64,000 bases of DNA from the NCBI RefSeq assembly GCF_028641065.1, contig NC_073410.1, forward strand, positions 6,448,001 to 6,512,000. Direction: 5' to 3'. Shown in pieces: positions 50,071-63,390 of this stretch. The stretch is from Leucoraja erinacea. Taxonomy: Eukaryota. How positions within the stretch are numbered: the first letter of the stretch is position 1; each line of letters starts with the position of its first letter. Both the position numbers and the translations under genes were made by a program. The notes below the pieces were generated by a model, which did no database searches, was not told the origin of the DNA, and saw nothing but the letters and a program-made list of their open reading frames with translations.

Positions 50071-50985
50071 GTGAGTAGTTGGTATTTCAAGTTTCTGGCA
50101 TGCAAAGGGACACACCACTCATTGTTTAATTGGTAACCACTTTAACTCCTTTTCAGAGATTTGTTTGAGTGAATCTTAGTGACTTATTTGAAGTTCTTTG
50201 AGATTAGCAACTGTTTGATGTTTCTTGATTAATACACTGTCAAGTTAATTACAAACTGGATTTTTTCCCCACTTCAAAAGCTGTGCGCTGAATGTTGCAT
50301 TCGTCTAGACAGGGAAGCCAGAGCTGAAACCAATTTTTATGGATGGTGCGCACAATGTCCTCGGCATTCTCATGATGAATGAGGATCTGCAGAGCTGAGC
50401 CCAATACGTTAATTAATCTGTGCTTTATTGCATTTTATAGCATAGAATTGTAGTTTGTCCAATATTCAACTTCACATTGAGGTGGTTGCTTTAGAAAAAG
50501 GACATTTCTGACACAAAGAAATTGGACAGTTCTCAAGAATGGGACCCTTATTTAATCCAGTGATCCACCTGTTTTAGTTTATGGGTAAATCTCCATTGGA
50601 AGTGGGAAAATGCAGCCTTATGACACAATTGTATGTACGATCTTAGCATCTTAGCAGTACAATCTTGTGTATATCAGCATGGATTTATCAAGGGGAAATC
50701 ATGCTTGACTACTCTTCTGGATTTTTTTAAGGATGTAACAAGTAGAATGAATAAGGGCGAGCTAGTGGATGTGGTGTATCTGAACTTTCAAAAAGCCTTT
50801 GACAGGGATAGTGTGCAAAAGCCTTTGACAAGAGATAGTGTGCAAAATTAGAGCACATGGTATTGTGGATAGGGGATTGATGTTGAGTGCAAATCATTTC
50901 AGTTTATTTCACAATAACATTTGTTTATGTTGGTTTTGTTAGGGGACATGTGGGTAATAAGATCTGTATGTTCCTTATCTCCTAG

Positions 50986-51090
50986 ATGCTAGCCTACAAC
51001 CGTACCTTGACCAGATCGGTCAGATTGAAGAACAAGTAGCGGCACTGGAACAAGCAGCATACAGATTGGATGCATACTCCAAGAAACTAG
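50986..51090 (+). CDS. BLOC1S2: BLOC-1 subunit 2, exon 4
   Basis: cctag|[35 protein letters not shown]|gtggga. Confidence 0.97.
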
Positions 51091-51812
51091 GTGGGAACTC
51101 ATGCCTTTAGTTTGTAACAATCTTCCAATCTCTGCAGTTCAGTGAACATCTACTTTTCGAGAATAGCATAGGATTTTGAATTTGTGTTCAATATAGCTAA
51201 CCAGAAATGTATAAATATATAATAAAATGCAGAGCTAACTAAGTGAGTAATTAGAGTGATAGAAAGTGGGCAATTAATTATGATAAACGGGGAAATGACA
51301 GGTGCAGTTAATGGGTATTTTACATTAGGCTTCACTATACAGCATCCGAAAAGTAGTTGTAAATTGAGAGTGGGGAGCTATGAAAAATATCATCACTAGG
51401 GAAATATTACTGAACAGATTATCGAAGTTGTGGACTGACAAGTTTCCAGGTCCTGATGGATTTCATTTTAGTCTCAAGAGAATTGGCTAGTGAGGTAGTG
51501 GATGTGTATTTAAATTTCCGATATTCATAGTACATTCCATTAGATTGAAAAATAGGAAGTACAACTCCTTTATTCTAAATGGGAACAAGACAAAGCCGGA
51601 AACTATAGATCAGAATTGAAAGATTTAATGTTTTCATGTGTTGGATGTCTATAGTTTATTTGTCCATGAAACTGATTTATCATGTTGTGTTACTGAACCT
51701 GCTGCGAGCATACACACTTACACAAACCCATTATAGACAAAAATTGACATCTTTGTTACAGCCCTTTCTAAGTTGTAACACAAAATTCTCATGCATTTTT
51801 TTTCTTTTATAG

Positions 51813-51844
51813 AAGCCAAATTTAAGAAATTAGAGAAGCGATGA
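51813..51844 (+). CDS. BLOC1S2: BLOC-1 subunit 2, exon 5 (stop)
   Basis: ttatag|EAKFKKLEKR* ; total CDS 504 nt = 167 aa. Confidence 0.95.
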
Positions 51845-54659
51845 CCTCCACTACACTGAAGGTGTCATGAATGATCGATGTCCATCCGTGGGTAGATGAT
51901 GTTCAAGCGATTGACAAAGAACTAGATAACTGATGAGACTGTGATGGAGCGAGTCTTTATTATTCTGCACTGAAAAATCCACAGCAAAGAGTGGTTGCAT
52001 TAGAGCATTCTTTTACCTGCACACATGGGCAAGAATCTCAGCTACAAGTAACCTATTTGGACTAGATACGTTGCAATTACTAACTATTTTGTAATAATAG
52101 TAAATATTTGCTGTACAAGTAGCTTGAAAGCTTAACTTTCTGTTGTGTTTGAATTTGGGTTTGAATGGGTTGTTCCTTCTCTGTCTCAATCTGTTCTGTG
52201 ACCATTGGAGCAAAGCCTCTCGATCAATCCTATGAGTACTGAGGTGGAGTGCGATAAGGCTCTCAATGCTTCAGCTCTCCCTGCACCTCCAACCACTGGC
52301 CTTCCATGGACAGAACCTCAGTCTTGTGAAGTAATTGCTTAGAAATGGTCTTGCTAAATTATGAAAACTTTTACCTGGTATATTGAATCTTCGTTAATTG
52401 TTTATAATAGTTCCTAAATTCTCATTGAAGATGCTGACGGCTGGTGTCAATTTTTTGTCAAGTCAGTTTGGTGTATTGAAGAGAGAAGTTTTGGTATTTT
52501 GTATAAAAGCGATTGAAACATAATCTGGAACAAGTGGTCTGTATCCCGTTGTAAGTATTGAACTGGTGTAGTTCTCCAGAATCTGTTCACGATACTGGTG
52601 GGTTAGTTCAACCATTGTACAATCTGGTACAATGCTGCACCCAACTTGGATTACTTATAATTTATATTAATTGCGACGTGTATGGCATATTGAAAATAAG
52701 GAGTGAATGAAATGATTTTTTTTACCTTGAACAGTGCAAAGCAAATACTTTACTGCCCCCCCTCCCCCTCAGTTTAGTTTTCTAAATCTTCAATTGCCAT
52801 GACATATTCTGCCACTGGTTTATATGAAAGTGTAATGCTGTTGGCTGCCTCTTCTCCCCTGCCTGTCCAAATTTCTGGCATGGTTTTCTTCCTTGTTCGG
52901 GCGCAAGTGGCAGTTCCTCTCATTATTTAATAACTCATACCTGGATGACAGGTCTCATAAGATGGTACTGGATGTTCACATTTCTTGAGCTATGCTGCTA
53001 ATTGAATGCATAAAAGTTGCCTCGTCCTTCATAAGTTCTGGGAGCAGAATCAGGCCATTCGGCCCATCAAGACTACTCCGCCACTTAATCATGGCTGATC
53101 TATCTTTTCTAAACCCAATTTTTCTGCCTTCGCCCCATAACCCCATGACACCCTTACTAATCAATGATTAGTCCCCTGTGGTCTTTGGTCAAACTTTCCT
53201 CCCTGGATCACTTTTGGACAAAATATGTGCAACATTACTGGCGGTTCTCCAGTGTTATCCTACAAAGGTGTTCTAAATCTTTGTAGACATTTATGAATGC
53301 GTTTGGGATGTTGTGAATTTAGTTGTGAAATATATCTCAAGTGTGTGAAGAAGGGTCCCGACACGAAATGTTCTCTATCCATGTTCTCCAGAGATGCGTC
53401 CTGACTCGCTGAATTACTCCAGCACTTTGTGTCTTTTTGACGAATTAACATTTGGATGTCTAGGAGAACAGGGTTCCATAGTTCATAAGCTTGGCTGCAT
53501 GCTATTTATAACAGGAGGCTATTAACCATAATGCCTAGTCCTGGTGTTGCTACTTAATATTAACCGTGTCCCATCCTGCTTCATCTCATCCCATCCTATA
53601 CCCATATTCTTTTTTATTGTGTTTATTTAGCCTTCTCTATAAATGCACATATACCAATCACCCCAAACCAAATCACCACAGCATTTCCCACATTTAAATT
53701 GCTTTCTCTACCAATAAAGATTTCTACTCCAATTGATATGCCCTACTTTTAAGTTCCATTAGATCTCATGGATAGAAAGAGAGCAAAGCCCTACTCTGTT
53801 CAATATTTTCTTACAGCTATAATGTGCACCATGTCAGTTCATCTACTTTGTACTTTTTCCAATGGTCCATTACTGGCTGCTTCATCATTTACACAGCTTC
53901 CCCTTTGTGATAATGTACAGCTGATTAATATGGTACAGTAAAAGTTAAAGTACCCTTTACACATTTGTACGAGTTGCAAAATGTTTTGCTTACATCTTTA
54001 TGATGGTGCAATAGAGAATGGACTTGAACCTGGTATTTTTGAATAATCTTTTACAAAAGTATGAAACAATGCAAATCTGCAACTCTTGGCTATGAATGCA
54101 CTAGGTATATTTAAAAGTCACTTGCATGGCAGATTCGTCTGACCTTGATACACAAGTGAAGCTTGAGAGTAGCAAATTATACCTGTTTTTTTAAATAATC
54201 TGATGTCCATTTAACTTATAGTTGGTCTGTATTGAAAAATATGCATTTGGAAGTGAGTTTTAAGGGTTTCGCAATATCATGGAAATCTGTGGTGTAATGT
54301 TCTGATTTGATACTAACATTTGGGTCATTGCTTTTGTATCCAAATGCATCATATCTGTAAAATGATTGACATAAATGTTCCTTATCCTTTGAGTAAAGCA
54401 CATGGAGGATAAAAAGTAAGTAGTGTGAGTGTGTGTATTCTCCAGTTAAATCTCTTGCTGTTCTTTAAAACGACCCTCTCCAACTAACCTGCCAGATTGT
54501 GGTTAAATTAAATTATATCTTCATTTTACATACATTTCTCCTGTAGCTGCAATCTTTGTAACTGTTTTGAAACCATTTATTTATTAATGTGTGAATTAAA
54601 CAAGTTAGATCAAGATGCAAGGAACTGCAAATGCCGGTTTACAAAAACACAGAGCATTG

Positions 54660-55055
54660 AATTCTCCGATTTTAAGTAGCCACTACATACACCGCAAATC
54701 TCTTTTCTTACCTCTCTTCCGTATACCCCACCGGGATTCGCACCAATTTCCCTCTTCCCCTTCCACCTCAATTCCTTCCTCTGGCTTCACAATCCAAACC
54801 TCCTATCCTTATCTTACGCTTTTTTTTTCCCCATCTGTGGCCTTTGTCCAACCGTGTGCCAGTCAAAAAACCCTCTCACCTGGATCTACCTGTCACTTGC
54901 CAGGCTTTGTCCCACCCCCACCTCATTTCCACCTTTCGCCCTTTCACCCCCACAGTAAGTCTGAAAAAGGGTCCCGACCCGAAAGGTCACGTATCCATGT
55001 TTCCAGAGATGCTGCCTGCTGGACCTGCTGAGTTACTCCAGCACCTTGTATCTTT
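54660..55055 (+). mobile_element. Penelope-like 3'UTR and terminal repeat with a degenerate hammerhead core (54961-54988)
   Basis: CTGAAAAAGGGTCCCGACCCGAAAGGTC followed by the family repeat ccagagatgctgcc...gagttactccagca. Confidence 0.7.
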
Positions 55056-55689
55056 AATAATAAGATCAGTTATTTGCAACCATTTGGTCCAATGTGTGTG
55101 AAGTTTGAGAAATTGTTGCACATGTACAATGTAGTCGACTTGATGCCTCCGGACCAAAAACACAATCAATTTGAAGGATTCTGCTATTGGGGGAAGGTAA
55201 AGGTTAGCTTGTTTCAATGCAGTCCTGAAACATTTGAGATGTTCTGGTGATTGTAGACATTGTGTTGTTAGCATGGAAGTCCAAACAGAAATGGGCTGTA
55301 GAGTCAAGAACCAATCTATAAAGAAAATATTCATTTGTTTATTTTGTGAAATGGAGTAGCTGAGTTTAGCTACTTGAGTGTGCTTTGCTCACTCTAAATA
55401 GAACCACTAGATGGAGTCCGTGTTATTTGCTTAGAACAGTGTATTTTAGGTGAGCATAAGATCAAGTTTTAACGTGCATTCCAAGGCCTCCATTGCGATT
55501 TTAAAAGCAGATGAGAAATAGTGACTTTTGCTTGTGTTGTCCTATTTCTAATGTACAGCATAATTTAGACGGCTCATATTCTTGCTGAATTGCTTGGTAT
55601 GTGCACAATACACATTTTCAGTTCTTTCTCAGCCCATTCTCTTAAAATGGATCAGAGTTTTACTATGATTTGTTTTTCAAGACAATTTA

Positions 55690-56270
55690 GATGGCAAAGG
55701 AAGCTCGGCATATCCCCTGCAACCCTCACCAATTTCTACAGATGGGCTGTAGAAAGCATTGTATCGGAATGCATCACAGCATGGTTTGGGGCAGCTCCAT
55801 CCAAGACTGCAAGACATTGCAGAGAGTAATGGACGTAGCCCAGATCATGGCGCAAACCAACCTCCCATTTCATTGACTCCATCTACCCTTCATACTGCCT
55901 CGGCAAGGCCACCACCAAGGTCCAGTCTCACCCCGCCATTCCCTCTTCTCTCCTCTCCCATTGAGCAAGAGGTATAGAAGTTTGAAAACGCATATCTCCA
56001 GATTCAGGGACAGTTACTTACAGGCTGTCATCTGAACCATGCTATCAGCTGCTAGAGAGCGTTTCTGACCTCCCATCTACCTCATTGAAGACTATCTTGA
56101 ATTGGACTTTACTGGACTTTATCTCTTGCGCTGAACTTTAATCCCTTTGTCCTGTGTATATGGACGGCTTGATTGGGATCATGTATAGTTTTTTCACGAC
56201 TGGACAGCACGCCACAAAAAAAGCTTTTCATTGTACCTCGGTACATATGACACTAATAATAATAATAAGC
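55690..56270 (+). mobile_element. Rex1/Babar-type 3' fragment with (TAA)n tail
   Basis: RKLGISPATLTNFYRWAVESIVSECITAWFG...SRFRDS. Confidence 0.8.
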
Positions 56271-57299
56271 TAATATTACTATTAGAATATTTTCTGCAGA
56301 CAAGTGTTGCAAGTTAGAGCTGATATTTGCCTTTAGAGGAGTCCAATAATCAAACATTTGGAATAGTCCACAGGCATTATATCAAACTATCTCAAGGCTA
56401 CACACTCCAGCTTTGCGGACTTTTGTTTGAAAATAATAAACTTTATTGCAATTTTTACTGAAGTAATTTTCTTAAGTGTTGGAATTAGTTATTGGGTTCA
56501 ACAAGAATCTTTGGGAAAGAATAACGAATAAAGAATAATGTGTTTTTTGGAGGATTATCGCCATGACATTAACATCCTAGGTTTTCTGTTAGGTCTCTAT
56601 AAATGTCTTTAAAAGTTACAACATCTTTAGATTTATGTTCTCTAGCTCAATGTTTAATTGTTACGGTGCGATATTTGTGTTTGGGTTCAATGTTTTTATT
56701 GGTAAAGGCAGGGAAGAATGTTAAAAGGAGACACAAGGAACTGCAGATGCTGAAGAGGATCCTGTCCTGAACGTCGTCTGTCCTTACCTACCACGGATGC
56801 GACCTGATCCGCTGAGTTCCTCCAGCACGGAATGCTAAGAAGATAATGTGAGAAACCCATCTTCTGTTAGGTAATGGAGTCATAGAGTGATACAGTGTGG
56901 AAACTTCGGCCCAACATGTCCCAGCTACACTAGTCCCACCTACCCGCGCCTGGTCCATATCCCTCCAAACCTGTCCTTTTCATGCACACGTCTAACTGTT
57001 TCTTAAATGTTGGGATAGTCCCAGCCTCAACTACCTCCTCTGGCAGCTCGTTTAATACACCCACCACCCTTTGTGTGAAAATGGTAATGGTTGTGGAATA
57101 TCAGTCACCGAACAGAGGGTTAACATAGAACTTTGATTGAATGTACATTAAATACTGAAGAATGGTACTTTAAATATGCAGCGGCATCTTGCTACCGGAT
57201 TGCATTGTCATTTGATAGCTGCCCATTACCTTATAGAGGTGCTTGAACCTACCATCTTTTAAAGGTACTGCTAACCATCGAACTATTGCAGCCAACACT

Positions 57300-57895
57300 G
57301 GCAGTGATGTAATGCGGAGGCTCTGTAAGGCGCTGGTCAGGCCGCATTTGGAGTACTGTGAGCAAATATGGCCCCCATATCTGTGGAAGGATGTGCTGGC
57401 TCTAGAGAGGGTCCAGAGGAGGTTTACAAGAATGATTCCAGGAATGAGTGGGTTAGCATATGATGAGCGTTTGACAGCACTGGGCCTCTACTCGCTGGAG
57501 TTTAGAAGGTTGAGGGGGAACCTCATTGAAACTTACTGAATAATGAAAGGCATGGATTGAGTGGATGTGGAAAGGATGTTTCCACTGATGGGAGAGTCTA
57601 GGACAAGAGGTCATAGTCTCAGAATTATAGGGCGCTCTTTTAGAAAGGAGGTGAGGAGGAACTCCTTTAGTCAGAGGGTAGTTAATCTGTGGAACATATT
57701 GCCACAGATGGCTGTGGAGGCTGTTGGATATTTTTAAGGCAGAGATAGACAAATTCTTGGTTAGAACGGGTGCCAAGGGTTGTGGGGAGAATGCAGGAAA
57801 ATGGGATTCAGAGGCAGAGATCAGCCGTGATTGCATGGCGGAGTGAACTTGATGGGCCAAATGGCCTAATTCTACTCCTATAACTTGTGAACGTA
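57300..57895 (+). mobile_element. CR1-like LINE 3' end
   Basis: [41 protein letters not shown]. Confidence 0.92.
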
Positions 57896-59624
57896 TGACA
57901 CTGATATAGGAATGGTGAACATTGGAGCCTAGCATGCCGCACTAAATAATAAGTTTAGTATGGATTAAATGATGTTTGATTTTTTTCCACCCCCTCTCTG
58001 AACAGTGATATTTTGGTTGAATCCTTTGTGATGTCACTATTACTTCAGTTGGTAAGATATTTAGCATTCTAGCAAATATAAATAAATATCATGGCATCAA
58101 GCACGTTATTGACTACATTGTTAAGAAAGGAATCCAGATTTTCTGGTATGGTAATTCACCATGGAATATTTGATAAGATTTGGGCTTTAATAACTATGGA
58201 TTATATCAAAAATTGTATATCCGAGCAGCTGATTAGCTATTTAATCATTTCATTCAAGTGCACATCAACATATTGAAGTGCCTGGGTTTTAAGTGGTACT
58301 GCCCAATCGGCAGCTGTAATCCTGGAGGTTTCATCACCTCGGCTGTTTCATCTTATTCTCTTGCTCAATATGTCCATACTAACTCGAAGGGCCAAATGGC
58401 CTACTCCTGCACCTATTGTCTATTGTCTAACCCCCTCTGCCTTTCCAAGCTATTTGGAACACGGATAGACTCCGCTACCCAATTTGCTCTTGGTCAAACA
58501 ACGTTTGGTATTTTAAAACCTTTCTAAAGTTGGTACGATCTTCAGCTTCTCTTTACAATGACCCCGTGGATTAATTTTCATTTCATGGTGACTCCTGAGC
58601 AACATGCGCTATTGTCCTCCAGAGATGCTGTCTGACCCGCTGAGTTGTCCTCCAGAGATGCTGTCTGGCCCGCTGAGTTACTCTAGCCTTTTGTGTCTTA
58701 TGTGCTGCATTGGCAGCCTAGTTATAATGTCAAATGTTAAAACCGCACTGTCCATTATTCTTGCGTTACTGCTTCCCACCTTCAGTTGAGCAATGAATGA
58801 TACTTCATTGTCACATGTACCTAGGTACAGTGAAATGCTTTGTTTTGCATACAATCTAGGCAAGTACACAAGTGCCATCATGTTTTGACGCTGACAAATT
58901 TGTGAGAGTTTTGTATAACATTTTCTGGACTTTAAATCCACAATTTAAAATACCAATCTTCCTATTAATTCTGGTGATTGTCATTGATGTTATGCAGGTA
59001 ATGATACAATCCTTTACTCCACTATGTATTTTACTGGAGAAATTACCCTTGAGGTAGCATTGCTGTTGCTTCTGTTTCCTCAGTCTAACCTTGATGTATT
59101 ATAGACTAGTTTCCATCAGTAATCCATCCCAACTCACCTCCAACTCATTGGACAATACTGTGCAATTAATCTGTGTTAAAAAAAAAAAAAATCCATTCTG
59201 TTTTCCCCATTGACTTCTTAAAAAGGGTCATCATTCTTTTCCGTCTGCTTATGTCCTTTTTTCTTTAGACCTGCCTAAATTGTAAATGTGAAAGAGTTGC
59301 ATCAAGTCAAGTCAAGTCAAGTCAAGTTTATTTGTCACATACACATACGAGATGTGCAGTGAAATGAAAGTGGCAATGCTCGCGGAACAACAAAACAACC
59401 AAACAAATTATAAACACAATCATAACACACATATTATTTTACATAATTACATTGCCTTCTGATTTTGAAGTAAAGACTGAGGGAATTTTCTGGTGTTGGA
59501 GTTGATGCATCTTTGCATTGCTATAGTTTTTCGAGGAAACTATACTTTGTTTGGTTCGTGAAAAAGCAACGGAAAATTCAGTTTATGGAATATCAGTTTT
59601 CTGATCAAATTTTCAACTCAAAAA

Positions 59625-59760
59625 GAGACACAAAGTGCTGGAGTAACTCAGCGGGGTGAGGGGGGGATGAGTAAACTAAGGAGTCACAGAGAGAGTGGTC
59701 TCTGCGGAAAGCAGAGCGAGGCGGGGTCGGAAAAATGGGACTGGGATTGTTCAGATGAAA
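59625..59760 (-). mobile_element. Penelope RT-endonuclease linker fragment
   Basis: IFPTPPRSAFRRDHSLCDSLV fused to the terminal repeat. Confidence 0.65.
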
Positions 59761-60316
59761 TCTAATCCATTTGATTTTTCTAGAACGTGAATGTAACCAC
59801 CTACTCTCATTGTAGGCCCTTGTATCCACCTGTGCTAAACTGAAGCCTTTGGTGGTGCACTGTACACCAAGTATTGCATGAGAATGGAGGTGGTCTTGGA
59901 ACTTGCATCCTTTTGACCTGAAGGTGAGGCAAGTAAGTCCAGCTGATACGGCAGATATCCATAAAAGGTTATTACAATTGATCAGAAAGAGTGACATAAT
60001 GCCTGCTTTCCTATACCTCTCTTGAATTTCAGTTATTCGTTGTGAGTGCCATTTTTTTGTGGTTTGAGAATGGATGAAACTAGCGATGAGTTCAAAGCTC
60101 CCACATGCATTTAATTTACGAGATGTGCAATCATGACCCTGAGTTTCTTGCCCTTAAACTGCTATATGATTATTAAGTTAAAGCGCTATTGACTTTGACT
60201 CGTTTTCTGATTAACATGGTGCACGGATGAACAAAAAAATTAAAGCAACTGCTTGTAGCTTTCATTCAAAATTGGTAGAGTTTGAATGGTTCTTTTGTGT
60301 TTCAGGAGCCATCGCA

Positions 60317-60463
60317 ATGTTGTCGTGTTTCAAGGACATCTTTCATGGTGACCCGAAAAACGTGAATGTTTTGTGGGAACGTCTTTACAAAAAGCTAAAT
60401 GTTCACAAAGATGGCCGTGTGGATGTCCAAGACCTGAGGGAAGAACTGGAACAAATTGGAAAG
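60317..60463 (+). CDS. SCaMC-type (SLC25A23/24/25-like) mitochondrial carrier, first coding exon (EF-hand 1-like)
   Basis: Acceptor ttcag| before 60306, ATG 60317; MLSCFKDIF...WERLYKKLNVHKDGRVDVQDLREELEQIGK|gtatag resembles SCaMC YETLFxxLDxNxDGxVDIxEL. Confidence 0.75.
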
Positions 60464-60699
60464 GTATAGTGTGAGGAGGTGGATCATTTGTCAGATGTCA
60501 ATAAGCTGACATCATTTTTTCCATGTACTGCAGAAATTAACCGGGGGGGGGAGGGGGGGGGCTTTCCTATTCTTTCATTCTTTCAACACATCCTCGGCTT
60601 CTCTCTATTCTTTTAAATAGACTATTCATCACAAGGCATACTATTTAGTAGACCTACTTAGGCCACCAGTCAGGTCTACCTTGTTCTCATAGAAGGAGA

Positions 60700-61035
60700 G
60701 TCATTGAGTGATACAGTGTGGAAACAGACCCTTCAGCCCAACTTGCCCACACCGGCCAACATGTCCCAGCTGCACTAGTCCCACCTGCGTTTGATCCATA
60801 TCCCTCCAAACCTGTCCTATCCATGTACCCGTCTATCTGTTTCTTAAATGTTGGGATTTTCCCTGTCTCAACTACCTCCTCTGGTAGCTTGCTCCATACA
60901 CCCTCCACCCTTTGTGTGAAAAAGTTACCCCTCAGATTCTTATTCAATCTTTTCCCCTTCACCTTAAACCTATGTCATCTAGTCCTTGATTCACCTGCTC
61001 TGGGCAAGAGACTCTGTGCATCTACCCAATCTATC
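60700..61035 (-). mobile_element. CR1/HER1-like LINE 3' end
   Basis: KGKRLNKNLRGNFFTQRVEGVWSKLPEEVVE. Confidence 0.9.
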
Positions 61036-61444
61036 TTGATTTGACCTTACATCTTCTGCAGTTGTATAGGGCTCTGGTGAGACCACATCTCGAGTATTGT
61101 GTACAGTTTTGGTCTCTTAATTTGAGGAAGGACATCCTTGTGATTTAAGCAATACAGCGTAGGTTCATGAGATTGATCCCTGCGATTGTAAATTTGTAAA
61201 TTGTCCCTCGTGTGCGGGGATCACTAGTCGGTGTGGACTCAGTGGGCAGAAGCGCTGTATCTCTAAACCAAAGCTGTGGGGACAGAATGGTATATTTCAC
61301 ATCTGGAATCTAGACACAGATCTATGGTTGAGTAAAATGAATACTCCTTACAGGTGGCTTCTGTCTCTTTGCTCTCTGTGAACTGGGGATTGATGGTCAG
61401 TAAGCGATGGCATTAAAATTTATTCTTTTCCACAAATATCCCAG

Positions 61445-61547
61445 GATGGCTTCGACGGAAGAGACTTTGAAGCATTCCGGAAATATCTGAAGAGCCGGCA
61501 AAAGAAATTGAAACTTGGCTTCGGGAAAATCGCAAATGAGACAACCG
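61445..61547 (+). CDS. SCaMC-type carrier, second coding exon (degenerate EF-hand 2/3); gene presumably continues beyond the window
   Basis: cccag|DGFDGRDFEAFRKYLKSRQKKLKLGFGKIANETT(G)|gtgagt aligns by eye to SCaMC [33 protein letters not shown]; phase 0 to phase 1. Confidence 0.78.
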
Positions 61548-63059
61548 GTGAGTCTGCCAATGAAATGGTTGCCATTGAAATAGCCCATCAGCTTGTCCAA
61601 ATTCAGCCCTGTAAAAGTGCAATTTGTGTTCAGCATTAACATGGCTTTGTAGGTGATACAGCATTGCACTCTGTGACACTGATTTCTATCATTTCAAAAT
61701 CTAATTAGTCCATATTGTGTTGTTTAAAGGGGCACTTGGGCTGCGGGTGGTGAGTGGGTCTGGGGAGATACCTATATTTATAGCTAATCCTGTGATTTGT
61801 TTTTGCTTAAGATAATTAAATGTAATAAATCTGGCACAAAATAACAATGACATTTGGTAGAATACCAATAATAACCAAATGCCTCATCTTTCTCTTTCCT
61901 GGCCCATTTCTGACTTTAGTTCCCATTACATGCTGACTCTTACTTTCCCTGTTGCAATAAGAGAATGAGCATTAAATGTCTTTAGATCAGCATTGTCCCA
62001 TCAGTGAAACAAAATGCTTCAGTGCCCTCTTCATCCAGCTTATCCAGTTTCTCAAGAGCCTCCCGTATACTTTCTGATGGAAGATCATTGACCCGAAGCT
62101 TGTACTTTCTATACCCAAAAAAGTCACAAAGTGCTGGGAGCACAGTAGGTCTGGTAGTATTTCTGGAGAACGTGGAGAGGTTGACGTAACAGGTTGGGAC
62201 CCTTCTTCACTGATTGTGTGTGGGGGGGAGAGGGGGGATGATGTGTGAAGCTGGAGGAGAGGTGGGGACAGGACAAAGTCTGGCAAGTGATAGGTGAATA
62301 CAAGTGAGGAGGGTTTTTCATTTGGCAGATGGTTGAAGATACAAGCCAAGTTCCTGATCCACGTACTCCAGAGATGCTGCCTGACCAGCTGAGTTATTTC
62401 AGCACTGTGTATCCTTTTCTGTAAGCCCGCATCTGCAGTTCCTTGTGACTACACTCCCTACATCAGCTGGTTCATGTGGTGAGCGTTTAGCACGGTTTCT
62501 ATTTCAAATTTCGAGCCTCTATCTTTTTGTTTGGAAACAAATTTAACGTGAATTAAAACTCCCAAGATAGCAAATAGCGCCTGTGAGGTGGGGAGTTGAA
62601 TGCTTCCGGTTTTTTCTACGTTAATTTCATATTTTTCTCATCTGCACTGTTTTGCTATTATTTTGTTAAATTTGTAGGCAAAGTTGGAACATTGAAAATT
62701 ATTCATGTCATGGGAAAACTACATGTCAGTCTTGGTCTCTACCAAGCGAAAAAGATTAAACGACAGTAAGTAGCGTAGCATTTCAATTACTGGATCCAGA
62801 AATCTGTGCTAATTATTCATAGGCAAGAGTTACAATTCTGCAATGGTAGTTGGGGAAATTAAATTCAGCTAATTATGGGATCTAGAATTTTTTTTTTTTT
62901 TTTTTTTTTTTTGCAAATTTCCAGAACTCATTTGGCTCACAGATGGCAAAGTAAGCTGCAGTTCTTATCTGATCTCACCTGTGAACAACCATGCAACCAA
63001 TGCAACATGGTTGACTCTACGAATTGATTAAACAAATCCCTCTATTGTGCCAAACAATG

Positions 63060-63390
63060 AAACTTACTGAATAGTGAAAGGCCCAGGTAGAGCAGACGTG
63101 GGGAGAGTCAAGGACCAGAGGCCATAGCCTCAGCATAAAAGGACAGTCTTTTTGGGAGGAGATGAGGAGGAATTTCTTTAGTCAGGGGCTGGTGAATCTG
63201 TGGAATTCATTGCCACAGAAGGCTGTGGAGACCAAGTCAATGGATATTTTTAAGGCAGAGATGATGGATTCTTAATTAATACGGGTGTCAATGGTTAGGA
63301 GAATGGGGTTGGGAGAGAAAGATTGATCACCCATGATTGTTTGGCGGAGTAGACTCGATGGGCCTAATTCTTCTTCTCTAACATGAATTC
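63060..63390 (+). mobile_element. CR1-like LINE 3' end
   Basis: Same family as 57300-57895 (RTRGHSL..., FFSQ..VNLWNSLP). Confidence 0.8.

Noticed and set aside
58612-58680. 33-bp tandem duplication (similar short duplications near 46632, 47691 and 50791)
   Set aside because: Small duplications inside dead repeats; no spacers, not CRISPR-like.
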